In this document: positions 51,887-64,000 of the stretch, piece by piece
Layout of the letters: every line of letters begins with the position of its first letter
Numbering within the stretch: position 1 is the stretch's first letter
Assembly (NCBI GenBank): GCA_902613795.1
Contig: CACMIP010000002.1
Location: 81,466-145,465, forward strand
Length of the DNA stretch: 64,000 nucleotides
Source: an uncultured OCS116 cluster bacterium
GTDB taxonomy: Bacteria; Pseudomonadota; Alphaproteobacteria; Rhizobiales; TMED25
Reading direction: 5' to 3'
Position numbers and translations under genes: made by a program
The notes under the pieces: generated by a model
Told to the model about the DNA's origin: nothing
Databases searched by the model: none
What the model saw: only the letters and a program-made list of their open reading frames with translations

Positions 51887-52816
51887 ATGTTTAACATGCA
51901 AACTACAATAAAAGACGATATTAAGTTCGTGGGTATTGGTGTTCACACAAACACTAAGTCGAGTATAATATTAAAAGCTTCAGAGCCTGGTTCTGGTATT
52001 TCTTTCAAGAGAACCGATATTAGGGACCCAAACAAAAACACAATCAAAGCGAACTATAAAAATGTAAAATCTACTTATTATTGTACTGAAATTTCAAATG
52101 ATTACGATGTTTCCGTTTTAACAATTGAGCATCTACTTGCTGCAATATTTGGCGCAAATATTGATAATCTTGAGATTTTAATAGATGGACCTGAGGTACC
52201 GATTTTAGATGGCAGCAGTAAAATTTTTATGGATGGAATTCAGGATAATAAAATGATAAATCAAGGGCAAGAAAAGAAATTTATAAAAATTCTGGAGCCA
52301 ATAGCTGTCAATTATAACAATTCGTATGCAAGCTTCACTCCAAATGACAAACTAATTGTTGATGCACAAATTGATTTTAAACACCAGCTGATCGGAAAAC
52401 AAAAGATGGAGATCGAGATTAATTATGATAATTTTCTTAATGAAATTTCGAAAGCAAGAACTTTTGGATTTCTCGAGCATGCAGAAAAATTACACTCAAT
52501 GGGTTATGGTTTAGGGGTAACTTTATCAAACACGATCGTTCTAACAGATAAAAATATTATGAATTCAGGTGGTCTAAATTCAACAGATGAATTTGTAAGG
52601 CACAAAATACTTGATATTTGTGGCGATCTCATGCTCGCAGATTACAGAATTGTTGGGAAGTTCACATCGATATGCGGTGGGCATAATATCAACTATTTGG
52701 CTTTGAAAGAGTTATTTGCAAACAAAGATTCCTGGTGTATGGCTGATTTTGAAGAAGGCGCCAAAACTTCAGAGAATGTCGAGCATATTGAACAGCAGAA
52801 GCTTGTTAATCAATAA
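51887..52816 (+). CDS. lpxC: UDP-3-O-acyl-N-acetylglucosamine deacetylase
   Basis: Contains GIGVHT, TIEHLLAA, EVPILDGS and HKILDICGDL. An alternative start lies at 51896 (MQTTIK). Confidence 0.93.
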   Translation: MFNMQTTIKDDIKFVGIGVHTNTKSSIILKASEPGSGISFKRTDIRDPNKNTIKANYKNVKSTYYCTEISNDYDVSVLTIEHLLAAIFGANIDNLEILIDGPEVPILDGSSKIFMDGIQDNKMINQGQEKKFIKILEPIAVNYNNSYASFTPNDKLIVDAQIDFKHQLIGKQKMEIEINYDNFLNEISKARTFGFLEHAEKLHSMGYGLGVTLSNTIVLTDKNIMNSGGLNSTDEFVRHKILDICGDLMLADYRIVGKFTSICGGHNINYLALKELFANKDSWCMADFEEGAKTSENVEHIEQQKLVNQ

Positions 52817-52865
52817 ATATAGACTATACTATGTTGATATCAATATTGTATAGTTGTGTCACAAT

Positions 52866-53666
52866 ATGCAGAAAATTATCGTCTCATTATTTCTTTTGTC
52901 ATTGGTTGGTTGCGCAACTGATATGCCTGTTGATTCATTTAGCCAGCGAGACATGAGTGTGATATACGACTCTGCGGCTAAGTTACTAGATAAAAAAGAA
53001 TATGAATTGGCAGCTGATGAATTTCTAAATATCGAGAGAGAGTACCCGTATTCAAATTGGTCTGAGCAGGCCCTCATAATGGCATCATACTCTTACTTTG
53101 AAGGAAAGAAATACAAAGAAGCCATCAGTCAACTTACAAGATACACTCAATTATACCCAAATGGAAATAAACTTGCATATGCAAATTACTTAATTGGACA
53201 ATCATACTACCTGCAAATAGCTAATGCTGGAAGAGATCAACGCAATGCTAAGCTTGCACTTGAGAGATTCAATATTATCCTAGAAAGATTTCCATACTCA
53301 GACTATGCAGCGGATGCACGTCTCAAGAAAGATCTTGCTATAGATCATATTGCTGGATCAGTAATGGAAATTGGAAGATTTTACCAAAAAAGAAAGCAGT
53401 TTACTGCGGGGATTAACAGGTTTAAGGAAGTAATCTCAGAATATCAGACTACTTCTCATATTGATGAAGCGCTTGCACGTTACTCCGAATCGTATCTTGC
53501 ACTTGGGATTTATGTAGAAGCACAAACTTCTGCTGCAATTCTTGGTTATAACTACCCTAATAGTATATGGTATGATTACATTTATGGCGAGCTGACACAA
53601 GCAGGTCTAAAACCCAAAGAAGAGCCCGAAACATGGATTCGAAGGGTTTGGAGAGTGGATAAGTAG
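52866..53666 (+). CDS. bamD: Outer membrane protein assembly factor BamD (YfiO), TPR lipoprotein
   Basis: Lipobox LSLVGC after a signal peptide (MQKIIVSLFLLSLVGC), followed by TPR repeats. It occupies the conserved lpxC-bamD-recN position. Confidence 0.8.
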   Translation: MQKIIVSLFLLSLVGCATDMPVDSFSQRDMSVIYDSAAKLLDKKEYELAADEFLNIEREYPYSNWSEQALIMASYSYFEGKKYKEAISQLTRYTQLYPNGNKLAYANYLIGQSYYLQIANAGRDQRNAKLALERFNIILERFPYSDYAADARLKKDLAIDHIAGSVMEIGRFYQKRKQFTAGINRFKEVISEYQTTSHIDEALARYSESYLALGIYVEAQTSAAILGYNYPNSIWYDYIYGELTQAGLKPKEEPETWIRRVWRVDK

Positions 53667-53675
53667 AGTTTTAAA

Positions 53676-59261
<5,586 letters not shown>

Positions 59262-59299
59262 ATATTTTTTGAATTGCTTTTATTTTATGGAAATAAATC

Positions 59300-59320
59300 T
59301 TATGCATGCAATTTATGCAT
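59300..59320. repeat. Tandem direct repeat TTATGCAT-N5-TTATGCAT (candidate operator)
   Basis: TTATGCAT occurs at 59300-59307 and again at 59313-59320, each copy containing the palindrome ATGCAT. The repeat lies in the divergent promoter region between the aminopeptidase gene and a small ORF. Confidence 0.25.
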
Positions 59321-59421
59321 ACCTACTAACTATTTTTTGAACTACTAAACAACATTTTTAATACTATATATCAATTAAGCGTAATTTAATTCTAAAAAAA
59401 TACAAAACTGAAAGGAAAAAA

Positions 59422-59601
59422 ATGGAAATTTCAAGTTATTCAATTAGTTTAGCCAGTGGATTTTACGGACTAAGCTTTAGTTCGGAAAAGAGACAGAAGG
59501 CTCAAATAAAAGCAGCAAAAGACTTTGCAAGAACCGAAGGTATTGCAATTGGTGACGTACTTTCATCATTAAACAAGCCTACAGACAGCAATCAAAACTA
59601 A
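59422..59601 (+). CDS. Hypothetical small protein (59 aa)
   Basis: Found by eye and below the track cutoff. It follows AAAGGA 6 nt upstream of the ATG and translates to MEISSYSISLASGFYGLSFSSEKRQKAQIKAAKDFARTEGIAIGDVLSSLNKPTDSNQN. I recognise no family. Confidence 0.3.
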   Translation: MEISSYSISLASGFYGLSFSSEKRQKAQIKAAKDFARTEGIAIGDVLSSLNKPTDSNQN

Positions 59602-59648
59602 TCATGTTGTTACTGGTGGTTTATCTAATTAAAGCGGTGATAAAATAA

Positions 59649-59804
59649 ATGAAATATATAATCGATAACTCTCATGACTTCTTTCATGCCTTAATCACAA
59701 CGATAAGGCAGGATATCATCAACAATAGTTATGAAAAACGCTCCTTCAAGGAAGTCTATGCTGAGTACAATAAGACAGCGAAAAAAGACATATCAACAAA
59801 CTAG
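59649..59804 (+). CDS. Hypothetical small protein (51 aa)
   Basis: Found by eye and below the track cutoff. It translates to MKYIIDNSHDFFHALITTIRQDIINNSYEKRSFKEVYAEYNKTAKKDISTN, with GGTGA about 9 nt upstream. I recognise no family. Confidence 0.25.
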   Translation: MKYIIDNSHDFFHALITTIRQDIINNSYEKRSFKEVYAEYNKTAKKDISTN

Positions 59805-59842
59805 CCTGATTACAGAATTAATGTATCTTCATACCTGAGGTA

Positions 59843-60703
59843 TTAGAAGGTTGGAGCTCTCATTACTAAAGTTACCCAATTGTTCAGTGTAAACTCACTC
59901 AAAACAATGAAACCTAGATTTTGGTAATTCACTCTAATCTTTTTTTTCTGTTCTTTTGTAAAACCTGAAACGATCAGAGTGCCATTATTCGTTATAACCT
60001 TCGCAATATCATATTTTGCCTGAACCACAATATTTGCGAGTATGTTGATCATGACTAGATCGAACTTTGACGAATACCCGAGCTTATGTGACTCTTTTGT
60101 GATATCTAACAATCTTACTTTTACCTTATTTCTACAGTTATTTTTAATGATATTATTTCGAGCTACCTCAATGGATTTTTTGTCATGATCAATTCCGATA
60201 CCTCTACATTTCCATATTTTGTTAGCAGCAATAGAGAGGAGCCCGCTTCCAGTTCCAATATCAAGAAAATATTTAACATCAATAGTTTTTTGTATTTTAA
60301 TTAGTGCATTCAGACATCCGGCTGTTGTTCCGTGATGACCAGTTCCAAAAGCCAGCCCTCCATTCACGCAGATATTGATTCTTTTGTTTTTATTTTTTTT
60401 GTGTCGATCATTATGGATATATAAACCATTAATGCTAAGTGGTTCGAGTGTTTTTTGGCTTTCCAAAACCCAATTCTTATTTTCTACTTTATTCATTTGG
60501 AAATCCTGAAATGAACCAAATAGCTTATGTATTATCTTTTTAATATAAGATCTGTCTTTTTGATCAAATAGGAGATTGAAATATAATTCTCCATTATAAG
60601 CATATTGTGATACCGACAGTACATTCTGTGAAAATAAAAAATCATCATCAAGTTCGGTGATTGATTTATCAGATTTAACTAAAATCTCAATAATATCAGT
60701 CAT
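59843..60703 (-). CDS. prmA: Ribosomal protein L11 methyltransferase
   Basis: 286 aa with GLAFGTGHHGTT and the SAM motif LDIGTGSGLLSIAA. It overlaps the helicase gene by 8 nt. Confidence 0.9.
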   Translation of the reverse strand: MTDIIEILVKSDKSITELDDDFLFSQNVLSVSQYAYNGELYFNLLFDQKDRSYIKKIIHKLFGSFQDFQMNKVENKNWVLESQKTLEPLSINGLYIHNDRHKKNKNKRINICVNGGLAFGTGHHGTTAGCLNALIKIQKTIDVKYFLDIGTGSGLLSIAANKIWKCRGIGIDHDKKSIEVARNNIIKNNCRNKVKVRLLDITKESHKLGYSSKFDLVMINILANIVVQAKYDIAKVITNNGTLIVSGFTKEQKKKIRVNYQNLGFIVLSEFTLNNWVTLVMRAPTF

Positions 60704-62918
60704 TATTTACTAACTCTAAATATGAAGCTAATACAATTTTTTTACCTGTTTTAAATTCAACCTCAATTCTGTCGTTATCACAATCAGTTACTGTACCATA
60801 ACCGAATTTTGTGTGAAATACCCTCTGATTGGGGCTAATGTTGATATCCTGATTGAACGTTAAATCATCATACTCAAGATTATCAAAGTGTCCTATGGCC
60901 TGCAACCTCTCTAATGCTGTACGACCATTTGTGTAATTTTTTTGGTCATTATTTTTACCGGAAAAAGATGAGTATTGCTGAGTATAGGCATCATAGATCA
61001 ATTCTTCTTCAATAAATTCGGGTGCAATTTCAGATAGAAATCTCGACGGAATTGATTGTGTATAGTTACCATAGACCCTCCTATTTTGTGCATAGGATAA
61101 GAATAGATATTTTTTAGCGCGCGTAATACCTACGTGCGCTAAACGACGTTCCTCCTCTAATCCGGTATTACCTTTTTCATCCAATGATCTTTGATTTGGA
61201 AAAACACCTTCCTCCATGCCTGGCATAAAAACATAATCGAACTCCAATCCCTTAGCTGAATGCAAGGTCATGAGGTTAACTTTACTTGTATTTTCATCAT
61301 TCTCAACATCCATAACAAGCGAAACATGGTCTAGAAATTCTGCTAGTGATTGGAATTCTGATAATTGACCAATCAGTTCCTTTATATTTTCAATTCTGCT
61401 TTCGGAATTCGGTGTTTTTTCATTCTCCCACATCGCTACATAACCTGAATCTTCAAGTATTAACTCAGTCAATGTAATATGATCTACTTTATTTATTTTT
61501 TCGCGCCAGCTATCAACCATTGATATAAAAGATTTAAGTTGAGTTCGAGGGCTCGCCCCTAATTCATCAGTATCGATTATCTTTTTTGAAATATCATATA
61601 GTGAGATGTTATCTCTGCGTGCTGCATCATTTATTTTACGAAGAGTTGTATCTCCAAGTCCTCGTCGAGGTGTATTTATAACACGCTCAAATTTTAAATC
61701 ATGATTTGGATTTACAACGAGCTGAAGATATGCAATTACATCACGTATTTCTTGCCTTTCATAGAACCTCGGACCCCCAATTACTCTATAAGGGATGCTA
61801 TTTATAATAAATCTATCCTCAAATTCTCTCATCTGGAAGCTGGCCCTAACGAGTACCGCTGTGTTATTTAAATTTTCATTTTTTGATATAATTGTGTCAA
61901 TTTCATCAGATACGAACCTCGCCTCATCTTCGGCGCTATAGAGACTTTTAATTTTTACTTTATCACCAGCATCTTCTCTATGGGAGGAAAGTTCTTTTCC
62001 AAGTCGATCTTTGTTGTTCGATATTAAACTTCTTGCGGCACCAAGAATATTTTTTGTAGAGCGATAATTCTTTTCAAGTCGAATGATTTTTGCTCCGCTA
62101 AAATCCTTTTCGAAATTTAAGATATTATTCACATCAGCTCCCCTCCAGCCATAGATAGATTGATCATCATCGCCTACACAAGCAATGTTCAAGTTTCTTT
62201 GGGAAAGTAATTTAAGCAGTAAGTATTGAACACTATTTGTATCTTGATACTCGTCAACAAGTGTGTAGGAAAAGATTGATTGATACTTATGAAGTAAGCC
62301 ATCATTCTCCTTAAGCAGCTTTAAAGGTAAAAGCAGCAAGTCTCCAAAATCGGCTGCGTTTAATCTTGATAGTCTTTTTTGATAGCTGCTATATACTTCA
62401 ACACTTTTTTCGTGACCAATGATATCGGGCTCACTCTTTGCAACCTTTTCAGGCGGAAGCCCTTTATTTTTCCAATTTTCAATTTGTGATAAAAAATATC
62501 GTGGCGGAAAACGCTTTTCGTCGATATTTAGTATTTTTATTACCTCTTTAATAACCTTTAATTGATCATCGGTATCTAATATTGTGAAATCACTCTTAAG
62601 GTTTGCAGCTTCAGCGTGAATTCTTAACAACTTAGCGCCTATGGAATGAAATGTACCTAACCAGTTCATACCTTCGATTGCGCTACCAATAATGTTTCCA
62701 ATTCGCACCTGCATTTCTCTTGCTGCTTTGTTCGTGAATGTTACTGCAAGTATATTTGAAGGGAAGGCTTTCTTTTGATCAATAATATGCGCAAGTCGCG
62801 AGGTGAGAACTCTTGTTTTTCCTGTACCGGCACCAGCTAATATTAGAAGCGGTCCTTCCGTATGCATAACAGCAGCCCTCTGCTGCTCATTGAGATCTGA
62901 AAAGTAATTGGGACTCAT
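60696..62918 (-). CDS. uvrD: ATP-dependent DNA helicase, UvrD/PcrA/Rep family (SF1A)
   Basis: 740 aa with Walker A AGAGTGKT, DEYQDTN, LEKNYRST, HSAKGLEF and VGITRAK, plus a C-terminal Tudor-like tail (VFHTKFGYGTV). Confidence 0.93.
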   Translation of the reverse strand: MSPNYFSDLNEQQRAAVMHTEGPLLILAGAGTGKTRVLTSRLAHIIDQKKAFPSNILAVTFTNKAAREMQVRIGNIIGSAIEGMNWLGTFHSIGAKLLRIHAEAANLKSDFTILDTDDQLKVIKEVIKILNIDEKRFPPRYFLSQIENWKNKGLPPEKVAKSEPDIIGHEKSVEVYSSYQKRLSRLNAADFGDLLLLPLKLLKENDGLLHKYQSIFSYTLVDEYQDTNSVQYLLLKLLSQRNLNIACVGDDDQSIYGWRGADVNNILNFEKDFSGAKIIRLEKNYRSTKNILGAARSLISNNKDRLGKELSSHREDAGDKVKIKSLYSAEDEARFVSDEIDTIISKNENLNNTAVLVRASFQMREFEDRFIINSIPYRVIGGPRFYERQEIRDVIAYLQLVVNPNHDLKFERVINTPRRGLGDTTLRKINDAARRDNISLYDISKKIIDTDELGASPRTQLKSFISMVDSWREKINKVDHITLTELILEDSGYVAMWENEKTPNSESRIENIKELIGQLSEFQSLAEFLDHVSLVMDVENDENTSKVNLMTLHSAKGLEFDYVFMPGMEEGVFPNQRSLDEKGNTGLEEERRLAHVGITRAKKYLFLSYAQNRRVYGNYTQSIPSRFLSEIAPEFIEEELIYDAYTQQYSSFSGKNNDQKNYTNGRTALERLQAIGHFDNLEYDDLTFNQDINISPNQRVFHTKFGYGTVTDCDNDRIEVEFKTGKKIVLASYLELVNND

Positions 62919-62978
62919 ATTTTCATCATATTAGTAAGATAGTGGGTTGCAATATTTATGTGCTTCAAATATCAACTA

Positions 62979-63194
62979 TTAACGTTTTTTTATTGTATCA
63001 TTTAAATGATTTATACAGAAAACTCGGATTGCTGACGTTAAGTTTTGCCTGTCACTTTTTTTTTCAATGATCTCAAGCAATTTTGGGATGGATGTATTTT
63101 TCTCCAATGAGATACCCTCTAAGATCTCCCAGAATTCTTTTTCTAGGGAGATACTTGTACGATGCCTTGCAATCGTGACAGAACGCTTTTGCAT
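62979..63194 (-). CDS. Ribbon-helix-helix domain protein (small, RHH_4-like)
   Basis: 71 aa. RSVTIARHRTSISLEKEFWEILEGIS fits a beta-strand-helix-helix DNA-binding module. It lies 3 nt downstream of the fumC stop. Confidence 0.5.
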   Translation of the reverse strand: MQKRSVTIARHRTSISLEKEFWEILEGISLEKNTSIPKLLEIIEKKSDRQNLTSAIRVFCINHLNDTIKKR

Positions 63195-63197
63195 TTA

Positions 63198-64000
63198 TTA
63201 TATCATTTTTTTTGGGTCTACAAGTGAGTCAAATTCTACTTCATTGACATAACCAGATTTTAGCGCCTCTTCTTTCAATGTTGTATTGTTCTTGTGAGCT
63301 AGTTTGGCAAGTTCTGCTGCTTTATCGTAGCCGATTTTTGGCGCGAGTGCGGTTACAAGCATAAGTGATCTTTCGAGGTTTAACTTGATATTTTCATGCC
63401 TCGCCTCAAGACCATCCAAGCAATTTTTTTCAAATGAAATTGCGGCATCTGTCATGAGCTTTACCGACTGTAAAAAATTGAATGCCATCATTGGGTTAAA
63501 AACGTTCAACTGGAAATGGCCCTGACTGCCAGCTATTGAAATGGCAGTATTGTTCCCAAAAATATGTAGGCAAACTTGTGTTAGAGACTCGCATTGTGTG
63601 GGATTAACCTTACCAGGCATAATTGATGATCCTGGCTCATTTTCTGGAAGAGCTAATTCTCCAAGTCCAGCACGAGGGCCGCTACCAAGAAATCTTATAT
63701 CATTGGCTATTTTAAATAGGGATGCGGCTACTGTATTTATTGCGCCGTGAGCCATAAGCATAGCATCATGCGCCGATAAAGCCTCAAACTTATTGGGGGC
63801 GCTTGTAAATTTTTTGCCTGTTAATTTTGAGATACACTGCGCTATTTTAACTCCAAAGTCTTTTGGTGCATTTAGACCAGTTCCTACAGCAGTTCCGCCT
63901 TGTGCTAATTCCATTAGTTTTGGCAGTGTATCTTTTATTCTATCAATACCGTTATTAATCTGCTGAGCATAGCCAGAGAACTCTTGCCCAAGTGTTAGGG
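63198..64000 (-). CDS. fumC: Fumarate hydratase class II (5' end beyond the window)
   Basis: Carries the signature [16 protein letters not shown] extended the frame by hand upstream of the track's internal Met to the window edge (..[42 protein letters not shown]) and found no stop. Confidence 0.93.
   Translation of the reverse strand, partial: LTLGQEFSGYAQQINNGIDRIKDTLPKLMELAQGGTAVGTGLNAPKDFGVKIAQCISKLTGKKFTSAPNKFEALSAHDAMLMAHGAINTVAASLFKIANDIRFLGSGPRAGLGELALPENEPGSSIMPGKVNPTQCESLTQVCLHIFGNNTAISIAGSQGHFQLNVFNPMMAFNFLQSVKLMTDAAISFEKNCLDGLEARHENIKLNLERSLMLVTALAPKIGYDKAAELAKLAHKNNTTLKEEALKSGYVNEVEFDSLVDPKKMI

Overview
This is a 64-kb chromosomal segment from a very AT-rich, tightly packed alphaproteobacterium. 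Many adjacent genes overlap at their start or stop codons, and three convergent gene pairs even share stop-codon nucleotides. The gene order is classic alphaproteobacterial core synteny: uvrC-pgsA-moaD-moaE; carB-carA divergent from yqeY-dnaG-rpoD; and mraZ through ftsZ followed by lpxC-bamD-recN-ligA. Composition and compaction suggest a streamlined marine lineage such as SAR11/Pelagibacterales, but that is inference only. I can support about 55 protein genes, one tRNA (CAU anticodon), the RNase P RNA, and a few hairpins and repeats. Most of the window is housekeeping: nucleotide excision repair, pyrimidine/arginine precursor synthesis, primase and sigma-70, a complete 16-gene dcw division and cell-wall cluster, Mla lipid trafficking, ligase, helicase and fumarase. 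I found no CRISPR array, transposase, integrase, phage gene or recognisable defence system. The only clearly non-core stretch is about 19.5-25.9 kb, directly downstream of the tRNA. It holds a small 4-TM protein and a tight four-gene operon: an M24 hydrolase with intact metal ligands, a KdsB-fold protein with eroded catalytic motifs, a leaderless LVIVD-repeat beta-propeller, and a class III CoA-transferase. A convergent isopropylmalate/tartrate-dehydrogenase paralogue abuts it. This operon is my best candidate for an undescribed, probably catabolic, system, but the evidence is contextual and motif-based. A second oddity is the 580-bp spacer at 59.3-59.8 kb, which carries two sub-60-codon ORFs and a tandem TTATGCAT repeat.
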